A stretch of DNA of 64,000 nt from Candidatus Marinacidobacterales bacterium (lineage in GTDB: Bacteria; Acidobacteriota; Vicinamibacteria; Marinacidobacterales; SMYC01). How positions within the stretch are numbered: the stretch's first letter is position 1; each line of letters opens with the position of its first letter. The DNA is taken from NCBI GenBank assembly GCA_965237955.1, contig OZ250169.1, positions 2,240,001 to 2,304,000 of the forward strand, written 5' to 3'. The notes below the pieces were generated by a model. The model ran no database searches. It was not told the origin of the DNA and worked only from the letters and a program-made list of their open reading frames with translations. Below, one piece after another: positions 50,546 to 61,261 of the stretch. The translations under genes and the position numbers were made by a program.

Positions 50546-53135
50546 GTGTCGCCACGACGCGTCCTGCTTCTTCTCACTTTCTTCATAAGCGGTCTCGCGG
50601 CCCTCATTTTCGAGCTCGCGTGGACCCGTCTGCTCCTCCTGTCGCTCGGAACCACGGCGACCGCCGTCGGCGTCGTCCTCGGCGCGTTCATGGGCGGGAT
50701 GGCGATCGGAAGCGCAGTTTCCGCCCACCCACTGTTCGCACGCAAAAACACCATCCTCACCTTCGCCGCGCTCGAAGCGCTCATCGGCTCGTATGCGCTT
50801 TTATCGCCGACTCTTCTCGCTGCGATCGGCGGAGTCCAAGGACAGGAGCTCCGGTTCTTCCTCGCGCTCATGAGCTTGCTGCCTGCGACGGTGGCGATGG
50901 GCGCGTCGCTGCCGATTCTCGTACGCGCGTTCGGCCACCGCCAAGTCGCCATCGGACTCGGCCAGCTCTACGCCGCTAACACCGCAGGTGCGGTGCTCGG
51001 CCTCTCCTCGCCGTGTTTTGGTTTTTCCCGAGCGTAGGACTCACCGCGACCGTGTGGATCGGTGCGGGGCTCGATTTTCTCGTCGTCGCGACGCTCGTCG
51101 TCGCCCACCGTCGCTTCCTCACGGACGCATCCCCCGAGGAAATCGCCGAACCGGTCGCAGCCGCGGCAGACTCAGTGCCGTGGCCGCTTCTCGCGACCGT
51201 CGCCGTTTCCGGTGCGAGCGCGATGGTGTACGAGGTCGCCTGGGGACGCACGCTTTCGATGGTCTACGGTTCCTCGGTGTACGGCGTTTCCATCATGCTG
51301 TCCACGTTTCTGCTTGGAATTACACTCGGGGCCGCGCTCGCCACGCGATTTCTGCGCGGGCATCAAATACTGGGGGCATCAAATACTGGAGACCCATTGC
51401 TCCGGCTTGCGAAAGTGCTCATCGCGTCGGCCACACTTGCTTTCGCGAGCCTTCTCGTTGCGCGGAGCTTGCCATTCGTTTTCTTGAACTTCTATGCGTC
51501 GATCGAAGGCGCCGAAGGCACACTGTTTTTATCGCAATTCATCATCGCCGCGTTTCTCATGTTGCCGTCGACCGCCGCGCTCGGTGCCACACTCCCGTTG
51601 GCCGCGTCAGCTCTTCCCGAAGGTCCCATCGGGGGTCGCATTGCGCGCTTGTATAGCTGGAATCTTATCGGCTCGGCCACGGGAGCGGTGATGGCATCCG
51701 TGCTGTTGCTCGCGAGCCTCGGGATCGAGTTCTCCATCCGGGGCGCGGCCGTGATCTCGCTGGCCTTCGCCATCTTCCTCGTCGCGCGCGCGAGCCTGTT
51801 TTCGGTGGCAAGTGGGGCTATCGCCGGCTCGTTCATCTTGATCATCCTCGCGCTCGACCCGAGCGGCGAGCGGGTGTTGAAAAGCTTTGGGGTCTATAGC
51901 GGCGCGAGAACCTACGCGCGATACGACGCGAGCCAGATGCGCGAGCTCGTCGCGAGCCACGAGCTTCTCTTCTACCGCGACGGGCCCACGGCGACTGTGG
52001 CCGTCCAGCAGATCGATCGGTTTCGACTTCTCAAGATCAACGGCAAGACCGACGCCTCGAACGGACCCGGCGACGTCGCGACCCAGCTGTTGTTGGGACA
52101 TCTTCCGTTTCTCGCCCACGACGCGAAACGGGTTGCGGTGATCGGTTGGGGCAGCGGCATGACAATAGGCGCGGTTTTGCGCCACGCGGTAGAGCGGGTC
52201 GATGCGTTCGAGATCGAGCCTGCGGTCATCGAAGCGTCGCGTTTTTTCGAGCCCGGAAACGGAAACCCGCTAGAAGACGACCGCGTCGAGTTGATCCTCG
52301 GCGATGCGCGCAACGAGCTCCGGCGTGGCACGGAAAGCTACGATCTGATCATCTCCGAACCGTCGAACCCGTGGATCACCGGTGTCTCGAATCTGTTCAC
52401 GCTCGATTTCTTCGAGCTCGCCGCCGCACGGCTCGCGCCTGACGGCATCCTGTGCCAGTGGTTCCATCTCTACGGCATATCGGAAGAATCGACGCGCTCG
52501 CTCATCGCGACGTTCCGACAAGTGTTCCCTCACGTGGTCGCGTTCCAGGATCGCGATCTCATTCTCATCGGTGCGAGGCAGCCGCTTCGCTTTTCGTTGG
52601 AAACGCTCGAGGGTTTTTATCGAACACCGGCTATCCAAGAGAGCCTCACTCGGGCGGAGATGCCGTACCCGAGCGACGTGCTCGTGAGCATGACCCTCGA
52701 CGACGACGGTACCCAGGCGTTTTCGATAGACGCCATCCTCAACACGGACGACAACATGCTTCTCGAGCTTCATGCGCCGCGCTCGCTCTACCGTGACGAA
52801 GTCGATTCGATTCTCAACACGATGCGGAGTACCCTCCGGATGTCATGGCCCACCTCGTCGACGTCGACTCCGAGCTCGACACCCGCCTCGAGCTCGCGGC
52901 GTCGTACTTCACCTCGGAGAAGCTCGACGAAGCCCTCCTGCAAACGGAGCTCGCGGTTTTGATCGAGCCCTCTTTCGAAGGCCAAAAACTTCGGGGACAA
53001 ATTCTGCAGCGTCTCGGGCGGGACGACGAAGCGAAGCAAGCACTTCAGGACGCGCTCGACGCAGGAGGGGACCCGACCGGCCGCCGCTTCGTCGAAGCGA
53101 TGCTACGGTCTCTCGACTCGCCCGCGGGACCCTAG
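50546..53135 (+). pseudogene. Fused membrane (MFS-like)/spermidine synthase-domain protein with TPR-like tail; frameshifts near 51000 and 52830
   Basis: SGLAALIFELAWTR, LYAANTAGA, LKINGKTDAS, IGWGSGMT, EIEPAV, DARN, YDLIISEPSNPW. Confidence 0.85.
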
Positions 53136-53148
53136 CCCCAGAAAAACA

Positions 53149-53236
53149 AACGCAAAGACGCCAAGACGCAAGGGCGCAAAGAAGTCGAGTCGACTGAAGC
53201 GACGCTGAACTCTTTGCGCCTTTGCGCCTTTGCGTT
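53149..53236. repeat. Inverted repeat built from 8-bp tandem units (CGCAAAGA x4 / CTTTGCG-core x3)
   Basis: Four imperfect units 53151-53182 and three complementary units 53211-53234. Confidence 0.85.
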
Positions 53237-53259
53237 AATCTTCTTGCCTCATCAGCACG

Positions 53260-54448
53260 CTAGTCCCATGGAACAGAAAAAGCTAGACAACACCGGCCCT
53301 TCTGTGATCTGCTAAATGCATGAAACACAAGGGCCGGCGAAAAGCCGAATTGAAGCTGTCGTCTCAAGAAAGCGAAGCGCTGACGCGACTGGCGCGACGC
53401 AGCCGTAGTTCGCCGCACCAAGCCTTCCGAGCGAAGATCGTGCTGGATTGCGCGGCGGGTCTGACGAATATGGAAGTTGCTAGGAAGATGCACACCATGA
53501 GGAGCACGGTGGGCAAGTGGCGAAGACGCTTTGTAGAACAACGAATGGAAGGGTTGTACGACGAACCTCGGCCGGGAGCGGCTCGCAAAATCGGCGATGA
53601 CCAGATCGAGGAAGTCGTGACCAAGACGCTGGCGACGACTCCAAAGGGGAGAACCCATTGGAGTACGCGCTCGATGGCCAAGCATCTTGGGCTGAGTCAT
53701 TCGACGATTGGACGTATTTGGCGAACGTTCGGGCTTCAACCGCACCGCTCGGAATCGTTTCGTCTCTCGCAAGACCCACAACTGGTCGAAAAAGTACGCG
53801 ACGTTGTTGGCCTGTATATGAACCCACCGGATAACGCGGTCGTCCTGTGCGTCGACGAGAAATCGCAGATTCAAGCGCTCGAGCGTGCTCAACCTGTCCT
53901 GCCCATGAGCTTGGGCCAGCCCGAGCGACAAACCCACGACTACATTCGGCATGGAACGACTGACCTGTTTGCCGCACTCGACGCCGCAACAGGTGAAGTC
54001 TTCGGAAAGTGCTACGCGCGACATCGAGCGCTAGAGTTCAAGAAGTTCCTCGCTGAGATCGAAGCAGCCGTTCCCAGCGAGTTGGACATCCACGTCGTGC
54101 TCGACAATCTCGCCACGCACAAGACACCGGCGATCAAACGCTGGCTTTCCAAGCGACCTCGGTTCCACTTTCACTTCACACCGACACACGCCTCTTGGCT
54201 CAACTTCGCTGAGCGCTTCTTTGGCTTGCTCACCGAACACGCCTTGCGACGAGGCTCGCACACGAGCGTGCCTCAGCTCCGCGTTGCGATACAAGACTAT
54301 CTCGATGCTCACAACGAGAACCCAAAGCCATTCAAGTGGACGAAATCCGCCGACCAAATCCTCGAAACCATCGCTCGGTTCGCCCAGCGAACGCTCGATA
54401 CACATGGCAAATCGAATTTGGACAGTAATTAAAGATCCAGGGGACTAG
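53260..54448 (+). mobile_element. IS630 family element inserted at CTAG
   Basis: Ends CTAGTCCCATGGA... and ...TCCAGGGGACTAG; right CTAG is the stop codon of the adjacent glycosyltransferase. Confidence 0.93.
53320..54432 (+). CDS. IS630 transposase
   Basis: HTH region, [12 protein letters not shown] motifs [19 protein letters not shown]; intact 370 aa. Confidence 0.95.
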   Translation: MKHKGRRKAELKLSSQESEALTRLARRSRSSPHQAFRAKIVLDCAAGLTNMEVARKMHTMRSTVGKWRRRFVEQRMEGLYDEPRPGAARKIGDDQIEEVVTKTLATTPKGRTHWSTRSMAKHLGLSHSTIGRIWRTFGLQPHRSESFRLSQDPQLVEKVRDVVGLYMNPPDNAVVLCVDEKSQIQALERAQPVLPMSLGQPERQTHDYIRHGTTDLFAALDAATGEVFGKCYARHRALEFKKFLAEIEAAVPSELDIHVVLDNLATHKTPAIKRWLSKRPRFHFHFTPTHASWLNFAERFFGLLTEHALRRGSHTSVPQLRVAIQDYLDAHNENPKPFKWTKSADQILETIARFAQRTLDTHGKSNLDSN

Positions 54449-55632
54449 CGCCCGAGCAAGCTCTCGTAGAGGGCAAGAACTTCGGCAGAACGTTTGGCCC
54501 AGGAAAATTCTGCTTCCGCGAACCTCCTGCCTTCTTTGCCCCACTCGTTCAGGATGTCAGGCTCTGACACCGCGGCGCCAATCGCCCGGCCGAGGGCTTC
54601 GACGTCGCCGGGGGCGACGAGAAGGCCGGAGAGGCCGTCCACGACTTTGTCGGGAATGCCCCCGACCCTCGTCGCGATCACGGGCGTACGATGCGCCATC
54701 GCTTCGAGCGTGACCATCGAGCTCCCTTCGTAGAGCGTGGGGTGCACGAACAAATCGGCGCGCTCGTACAAAGCGTGGAGAAGCGCGTCCGAAACCGGCC
54801 CTGCCAACAGAGCTTGGTTCCCGATCCCTCGAGCGCGGACGGCGTTCTCGATTCTCGACCTCGCCGGACCGGCACCGACGAGGATCCAGCGCCACTTCAC
54901 GGGCATGTCATCGACGACATCGGCGAGGGCGTTGACGAGGCCCACGAAGCCTTTGTTGTCTTCGAGACGGCCGACCGAGAGGAGCATGGTGTGGGTGTCG
55001 TCGATTCCGAGCGCACCCAGGCTCACCGGCTCTCGTTCGCGGTCGATCTCTTCGAGGTCGATCGCATTCGGAACCACGACGATTTTCTCGGAATCAACAC
55101 CCAGATGTTCTTGTACGTCATCCACCATGGCAGCATCCGGTGCGATGACCCGGGCAGCGTGTCGCGCCGCATATCGAGTAGCACTTCGAAGCGGTAGGTA
55201 AGCGGCTCGTTTCGCGGGCGCGCTCTTGAACTCTTCCATCCCATGCGGATGCAACACCAATGGTGCCGAGTCCTCGTTGCGGAGGAACGCGTAACCGAAT
55301 CCCGCGCCGGCATCGGCTTGAACGATGTCGGGCTCGAACGTGCTCAGAAGCTCTCGCGCTGCACGGAGGCTCCAAATCAAGTAGTTCGTGTTCCGGTCGG
55401 CCACGACGAAACCCTTTCGCCGTGGCCACGGTAGCGCACGGTAGGGAACGAACGCGTAGCTCTCGTCACGCGGTTCGGACAGCGGCTGTTCGGGCGGCGA
55501 CGTGAACACGCGGAGCTCACATCCGGCGCGCTCGAGGTGGCGTTTCAACGAACCGACGTGGCGTTCGAGCCCACCGTGTCCGTGAAGTGGGAAGACCGCG
55601 CGCGACAGCAAAGCGACTTTCATGACATTCAT
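54445..55632 (-). CDS. Glycosyltransferase family 4
   Basis: GGLERH, SVGRLEDNKG, EGSSMVTLEAMA, GGIPD. Confidence 0.92.
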   Translation of the reverse strand: MNVMKVALLSRAVFPLHGHGGLERHVGSLKRHLERAGCELRVFTSPPEQPLSEPRDESYAFVPYRALPWPRRKGFVVADRNTNYLIWSLRAARELLSTFEPDIVQADAGAGFGYAFLRNEDSAPLVLHPHGMEEFKSAPAKRAAYLPLRSATRYAARHAARVIAPDAAMVDDVQEHLGVDSEKIVVVPNAIDLEEIDREREPVSLGALGIDDTHTMLLSVGRLEDNKGFVGLVNALADVVDDMPVKWRWILVGAGPARSRIENAVRARGIGNQALLAGPVSDALLHALYERADLFVHPTLYEGSSMVTLEAMAHRTPVIATRVGGIPDKVVDGLSGLLVAPGDVEALGRAIGAAVSEPDILNEWGKEGRRFAEAEFSWAKRSAEVLALYESLLGR

Positions 55633-56819
55633 GACAGGGCGGCCTTCCGGTATACGGTTTCGATTTGCGGCAGCACGACGGCCTCGGAGAAACGATCTCG
55701 GGCGCGCGTCCTCGCACCACGGCGCAGACGCTCGGAAAGTGCGTCATCGGAGAGCACCCGCGCGAGCGCTCTCGCGAGCTCTCGAGTGTTTCGACCGAGT
55801 AGTCCACTTTCCTCGTGCACCACTGCGTCTTCGCTTCCGCCGGTCGGCTCGACGATCAAGACCGCACCTACCCCCAAACCATCGATAAGAACTCGCGACA
55901 ACGGTTCCTGCCAACGCGACGGGAACAAGACCGCGGCGGCATGTTGCATCAACTGGAGCGCTCGCTCCTCGGAGACCCACCCGAGAAACCGTACGTCATA
56001 TCGAAGGCTCTTCGCTTTTTCTTGAAGCTCCGCTGACAGACTCCCCGCTCCGGCGATCACTAGCGGCACGTCCGCGCGAGCTTCTTCGAGGATGGTAAGA
56101 AGTCGATCGGGCGCTTTGTTGGGCTCCAGCTTTCCGACAAACAGCACGTAGCGGTCGGGAACGTCGTCGGGTCGCGGAAGCTCGACATCCGAGGCGATCA
56201 GGAAATTTGGCAGGAAATTCGGGACCACGTGAACGTTATCGAGGGGCAGCGTTTCCGAAACGTACTCGCTCACGGCCACGACCGCCTTGGCTTCGGCGAG
56301 AACTCGTTGGCGCCGGGCGAGCTCCGCGCCGACGACAGGCGGAAGCACCGGAGCGAGCGGCCAGAGTAACGGCCGGTGGCGACCCACACACACGACCCGG
56401 CGGGCATAGCTGCAACCCGGACATGCCTCCGTCCCCGAAAGCATCGTGGACCAAATGCACACCGGCCAATAGTCCCGAACGGTGACGACCATCGGCAGCC
56501 GCTGGCACGCCGCACGGGTCGCCATCGCCGACATCCAGTGTTGCGCGTGCACGATGTCCCATGCTTCTTCTCCTATTGCCTGCTCCAGTCCTTCCGCGTA
56601 GGCACGCTCGCGCGCGTGGCTGCCGAGCGCGGCTTTCGGGATCGAGATTTCCGAGACCGGAATGCCTTCCCAATCGGTTTGACCTTGCGGCTCGGCACGT
56701 CCAACGACGACCCGCACACGGTGCTCACGATGCGCGAGCGCCGCGGCGAGCGTTGCCGTCGATCGGCCACTGCCTCCCGAGCCCGGAGGGAAGGCGTCGC
56801 TCGTCAGGAGAATATTCAT
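55629..56819 (-). CDS. Glycosyltransferase family 4
   Basis: FPPGSGGSG, RDYWPVC Cys cluster, VGKLEPNK, PSRWQEP. Confidence 0.88.
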   Translation of the reverse strand: MNILLTSDAFPPGSGGSGRSTATLAAALAHREHRVRVVVGRAEPQGQTDWEGIPVSEISIPKAALGSHARERAYAEGLEQAIGEEAWDIVHAQHWMSAMATRAACQRLPMVVTVRDYWPVCIWSTMLSGTEACPGCSYARRVVCVGRHRPLLWPLAPVLPPVVGAELARRQRVLAEAKAVVAVSEYVSETLPLDNVHVVPNFLPNFLIASDVELPRPDDVPDRYVLFVGKLEPNKAPDRLLTILEEARADVPLVIAGAGSLSAELQEKAKSLRYDVRFLGWVSEERALQLMQHAAAVLFPSRWQEPLSRVLIDGLGVGAVLIVEPTGGSEDAVVHEESGLLGRNTRELARALARVLSDDALSERLRRGARTRARDRFSEAVVLPQIETVYRKAALS

Positions 56820-57982
56820 GACGCGTGCTTCTTCGTGGGCGACCCCAATAGGCCCAATAAGATTCGCTCGAGCTCCTCGCAGTGCCGCTTCCAGCTGAAC
56901 TCGGCCGCGACGCGTTCTCGGGCGGAGCGTCCCTTCGCACGCGCCGAGGCGGTATCGTCAACAAGGACTCGGATTGCCTCGGCCATCCCGTCAATCCCGT
57001 CAATGTCTCCCTCGGACACCAAGGTCCCTTCACTCTCGCGAACAATCTCCCGAAGCGGCGCCACGTCGAGTGAGACCACGGGAAGACCCATGGCCATGTA
57101 CTCGAAGATTTTGAGCGGAGACCAGAAAAACCCGAGCTGCATTGGACCCAGACGCGCAGGCTGGTAGGGAGCGACACCGACGTCCGCCCATTTCAAGTAG
57201 GCCGGTACCTCGTCGTAGGGCACCGCGCCGGTGAACAGCACGCGCTCACTCACGCCGAGCTCGTCGGCGAGAGCGATGGCTTCACTGAGACGCGGTCCAT
57301 CTCCTACGAAGAGGAAAAACGCGTCGGGAAGCTTCGCGGCGCACCGGACGAGCATGTCCGCCCCGTGCCATGGACGAAAGCTTCCGGAGAACACGACCAC
57401 CGATCGATCGTCGGGAATCGGAAGAGGCTTCCGCTCGACGTTCGGTCCGAAGCGGTCGACGTTCGCACCCCAGTGCACCTGGTGAACTTTCTCAACCGGC
57501 ACGTCGTCGGGAACGATCGAAGGTAGCGGCGTCACCAGCGCACTCGCCTTCGCGCACATCGCGTCGCGCAGTCTTTGCATCGGTCGTAGCAAAGCGAGTC
57601 GGTCCAACGTGCTCTTCAGTGAGCCGGGGTAGTCTTTGAGCGGGGCATTGATCTCGAGAAGTGCAGGGATTCCCCGCTGATACGCGGCGCGGACGCCTTC
57701 TCCGGCGAAGTTGTAGTAGCGCTCCATGACCGCGTCGATGCCGAGTCGATCCAAGAGCTCGCCCACGCCTCGCCGCGCGGTCCAGCGAAAGAAACGATGC
57801 TCGAGGAGCGTCGGGCTCGGGTGCAGCTCGAAGCTCGACGGTGGTTTCCCGTCGCCCACAAGCGCAACGACGTGTAGTTCATGACCTCGCTCCGATAGTC
57901 CACGAGCGACTTCCTCCACGTGTACCGAGCCCCCGGTGCGACCGGGCACGTGTTGGTCGGAAGCAACGTAGAGAATCTTCAA
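56816..57982 (-). CDS. Glycosyltransferase family 4
   Basis: GGSVH, FSGSFRPWHG, SPLKIFEYMAMGLPVV. Confidence 0.92.
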   Translation of the reverse strand: MKILYVASDQHVPGRTGGSVHVEEVARGLSERGHELHVVALVGDGKPPSSFELHPSPTLLEHRFFRWTARRGVGELLDRLGIDAVMERYYNFAGEGVRAAYQRGIPALLEINAPLKDYPGSLKSTLDRLALLRPMQRLRDAMCAKASALVTPLPSIVPDDVPVEKVHQVHWGANVDRFGPNVERKPLPIPDDRSVVVFSGSFRPWHGADMLVRCAAKLPDAFFLFVGDGPRLSEAIALADELGVSERVLFTGAVPYDEVPAYLKWADVGVAPYQPARLGPMQLGFFWSPLKIFEYMAMGLPVVSLDVAPLREIVRESEGTLVSEGDIDGIDGMAEAIRVLVDDTASARAKGRSARERVAAEFSWKRHCEELERILLGLLGSPTKKHAS

Positions 57983-59031
57983 ACAGCCTCGAGTAGCAGA
58001 AAGAACGGGCCGGTGCGCATACGTCCGAACAGTGCCACGTCGAGCTTCATGATGTAGGAGGCGAGCGTCAGCGGCGCGTGTGCCCAGCGGCCGACGTCCG
58101 GTTTCGTGGACTCATGATGGTGATGGTGATCATCGCCGTGCCTGTTGTGGTTGCCGGGCGAGCCAGACGGCTCCGCGAAGAAGTTGTGCTCGACGAGCGG
58201 CAACATGAGGTCTTCGAACAAAGCTTTGAAGAGCACGTTGTAGTAGCGGATCTTGGCAATCTTGAAACCCGTCTGCTCGAGCACCGCATCAAGCTGCGCA
58301 TAGCTTCTCAGAACGTTCCGGTGATCGGATTTTCGCTCCCGCTCGAGCTCGTTGTCGACGAGACCTTTGGAGTCGAGCCAGTGCACGAGGCGATTGACGC
58401 TCCGTTGGAATACCGCGAGGCGGGAGCTCATCATCACGTGGGAGTAGAGAAAGAGCTTCCCGCCAGGCTTCAACACGCGCCGGGCTTCGGTGAGCATCGA
58501 CGTGACCCCCTCTTCGTCGAGATGTTCGAGCACGTCGAGGGAGTACGCTTTGTCGAAGCTCTCGGCTTCGAACGGGAGAAGACGGACATCACCGCGGGTG
58601 AGATCCACCGTGGCCAGAGGCTCCGGCGCAAAGTGCGCGCCGGCATCGATCCCGACGAGCTGCCCGCAGCTCGCGCGGCTATAAAAGAGGAACTGGCCTT
58701 TGCCGCAGCCGATGTCGAGAACTCGATCGTCGGGCGTGGGCCGGAGCATCTTCGACATCATGTCCATCTTGATTTTCGCGGAGAGGAACAGCGGCTTGAT
58801 GACGCCAGCGCGGTGATGGAACTCTTCCTCGGCGTAATCGGTGAGATCGTCGAACGTATCCACCGGCGGTCTCAGATCGAGGTAGCCCCGCTCGGCAAGC
58901 GCGGGGAACCGACGCCCGCACTCACGACAGCGCATACCCTCGGTCTCCGCGTCGAGAGGTAGCGCGGAGCCGTTGCCGCTCGCCCGGCAAAGGGGACAAC
59001 GCACGACGCTTTTGAGGTATTCCGAGATCAA
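57979..59031 (-). CDS. Class I SAM methyltransferase with N-terminal Trm112-like zinc ribbon and His-rich insert
   Basis: CPLC...CREC; VLDIGCGKG; LDVLEHL; RVLKPGG; HNRHGDDHHHHHE. Confidence 0.88.
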   Translation of the reverse strand: MISEYLKSVVRCPLCRASGNGSALPLDAETEGMRCRECGRRFPALAERGYLDLRPPVDTFDDLTDYAEEEFHHRAGVIKPLFLSAKIKMDMMSKMLRPTPDDRVLDIGCGKGQFLFYSRASCGQLVGIDAGAHFAPEPLATVDLTRGDVRLLPFEAESFDKAYSLDVLEHLDEEGVTSMLTEARRVLKPGGKLFLYSHVMMSSRLAVFQRSVNRLVHWLDSKGLVDNELERERKSDHRNVLRSYAQLDAVLEQTGFKIAKIRYYNVLFKALFEDLMLPLVEHNFFAEPSGSPGNHNRHGDDHHHHHESTKPDVGRWAHAPLTLASYIMKLDVALFGRMRTGPFFLLLEAV

Positions 59032-60422
59032 GACTCCCAGCCTCCATCTCCATCGTCGTCTTCATCGTCTTCACCATCAGGGGCACGTCCCGGAAGCTCG
59101 TCCCGCGCGAACAAGTACCGGCCCACGACCGACATCAGGCGCGGTGGGACCTCTCGGAACTGGTCGTTGACGACCTCCCGCCAAATCAAACGGTCGCGGT
59201 TCATGAGACCGAGACCGAACTGCACCATCAGCCCCACGTTCCACAGCATGAAAACGCTCGCGAGCGCGACCACTCCGGCGCGGCGCGTGTAGGAGGCGAC
59301 AAGCGCGAACAGTGTCGCACCCCACACGGCAAAAATGACCGTCGCGCCCACGAATCGCCGCGCGCCGAAGCCGCCGGCTTGCGTCCACGAGTCGACCGCC
59401 CCGGAAATGTAGACCTGCGATAGAAGGCCCAGCAAAAGCGCAATCCCCGCGACCCGCTCGCGCCGGAGCAACAGGAGCCCACCGACGGTAAAGAGCAAGA
59501 GAATGGGACTCCAGAAGTAGAGCCCGTGCTCGGTTGAAAAAAGGACCTCGAGCGCATGCGGTGAATACCAGAACATTTTATTCTGGATGTGCTGGGATGG
59601 AAGAGGCCGGCCGTTCAAAATCTGGTAGACGACGAGCTGGGGACTGAAGATGAGGAGCGCGGAAACGCCGAATGCGGCGGCGCGCTGGGCGCTTTTTCGA
59701 AGCTCCCAGCTCGCGACGAGAGGCACGAGCGCAGCCATCGCAAAGAAAAAGTCTTGCTCGCGCACGAGCGCCATGAGCCCGGCCGACGCTCCCCAGATCG
59801 CCCAGCGCCGGACGCTAGGAGACGCCACCACCCACGGCCCGAGACTGAAGAAAACGGCGACGGCAAAGAGCGACGCCGCGTGGCTCATCCCCGGAGCGAT
59901 GTACATGTAATACGCCACTGGCGTCGCCCACCAGAGAGCAACAACGGCGATGAAGCACGTGAACGGTTCGGCAAACCGGCGCGCCAGTCGATAGCTCAGA
60001 AAGAGCCCGAGCGCTCCGTAGAACGCCGATGCCAACGACACCGCGGTGCGGTAGGGCTGGGACATTCCGTCGGCCTCGACGTCCGCGCCGAGAGCACCAA
60101 AAACGACCACGCCGACGTGGGTCGCGATGTAAAACGGCGACCACAACACCGCGGTGCCCATGGGCCCGAAGTTGAGCTTCAAACCCGTGGGCGTGCTCCG
60201 ATCGAGAAACGTTTCTTTGAACCCTTGTCGCCCCTCCGGATCTTCATCGTAGAAATGCCGATACTCGTCTTCGAAGCTCACGTCGTAGTCGAACAGAATG
60301 GACGGCAGGTACGAGAAGTACTCGACCGCGTCCGATTCCGCGATGCGCGGGGTCACAAGGACAAGAGAGCCGAACAAGAGGACGGCCAAGACGAGCTCGG
60401 TGCGGTCGCGAAACCACGTCAT
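59028..60422 (-). CDS. Polytopic membrane protein, probable GT-C fold glycosyltransferase
   Basis: Acidic SDAVEY loop after TM1, many TM helices, VREQD, HGLYFWSP, FGARRF. Confidence 0.7.
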   Translation of the reverse strand: MTWFRDRTELVLAVLLFGSLVLVTPRIAESDAVEYFSYLPSILFDYDVSFEDEYRHFYDEDPEGRQGFKETFLDRSTPTGLKLNFGPMGTAVLWSPFYIATHVGVVVFGALGADVEADGMSQPYRTAVSLASAFYGALGLFLSYRLARRFAEPFTCFIAVVALWWATPVAYYMYIAPGMSHAASLFAVAVFFSLGPWVVASPSVRRWAIWGASAGLMALVREQDFFFAMAALVPLVASWELRKSAQRAAAFGVSALLIFSPQLVVYQILNGRPLPSQHIQNKMFWYSPHALEVLFSTEHGLYFWSPILLLFTVGGLLLLRRERVAGIALLLGLLSQVYISGAVDSWTQAGGFGARRFVGATVIFAVWGATLFALVASYTRRAGVVALASVFMLWNVGLMVQFGLGLMNRDRLIWREVVNDQFREVPPRLMSVVGRYLFARDELPGRAPDGEDDEDDDGDGGWES

Positions 60423-61261
60423 GACGACTTCTTCACGAGGAGCTCCAGGTTACTAATAATGATGTTCTGCGTGAACCCGTTGTGCTCGAGGAAGCGTCGG
60501 AGGAATTTGGGGACGTTGCGGGTAAAAAACCCGCTCACGTGGCGCTCTTCGCGAACGACGTCGAAGCCCACCCGCTCGAGCCACCGGTGCACCCGCGCGA
60601 CCGTGACCCTTTGGATGAGGTCGTCTTCTTTGGTCTCTCCGCGTTCGGCCATCAGTTTGAACGTGTTCGACTCGCGGGGCTCCTGCAACCAGCTCGGCTT
60701 CTTCCGCGCGATTTCGAAGTTCAGCCGGAACGCCCAGCTCCGTGGCATGAGGAGGTGGATCGGAATCGGAATCTTCAGCCGCGACAAGTGCGAGCCCGCG
60801 AAACTAAGATACGGCGGGGTTTGCAGAAACAGCACCCCACCCGGCCGGAGCACCCGGTGGCATTCGCCGAGATACGCCTCCGCGGAATCGACGTGCTCGA
60901 TCACCGAGTGCGACAAAACGAGGTCGAAGCTCTCGGGTGCAAAAGGAAGTCTGGTTCCGTCCCCTTGGACGAAAACGGCGTTTTCGAGGCCGCGCTCTCG
61001 TGCGAGCTTCTCGCCTGCGTCGCCGAACTTGTTCTTGATGTCGAGACCTATTGCTTGGTCGCACTCCTCGGCAAACGACACCGCGATGCCGCCCGAGCCG
61101 CACCCGGCGTCGAGCACACGGCCTTGGACGTCGATATCGTCCCACTCGAGACGCTTCAGGATTTTCGCGCTCCGGTAGTACTCGAAGAGCGCATAGTGAT
61201 AGCTCGAGCGGAACCGGATGTCGCCGTGTCTCCGGATCGCGTCGTTGTCAATCTCGCGCAT
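60419..61261 (-). CDS. Class I SAM methyltransferase
   Basis: VLDAGCGSGG, FDLVLSHSVIEHV, RVLRPGG. Confidence 0.9.
   Translation of the reverse strand: MREIDNDAIRRHGDIRFRSSYHYALFEYYRSAKILKRLEWDDIDVQGRVLDAGCGSGGIAVSFAEECDQAIGLDIKNKFGDAGEKLARERGLENAVFVQGDGTRLPFAPESFDLVLSHSVIEHVDSAEAYLGECHRVLRPGGVLFLQTPPYLSFAGSHLSRLKIPIPIHLLMPRSWAFRLNFEIARKKPSWLQEPRESNTFKLMAERGETKEDDLIQRVTVARVHRWLERVGFDVVREERHVSGFFTRNVPKFLRRFLEHNGFTQNIIISNLELLVKKSS

Noticed and set aside
59589-61178. Long opposite-strand ORFs (also 29113-30609, 14420-15661, 35527-36684, 23981-24964)
   Set aside because: Shadow frames of well-supported genes in GC-rich DNA; no motifs.
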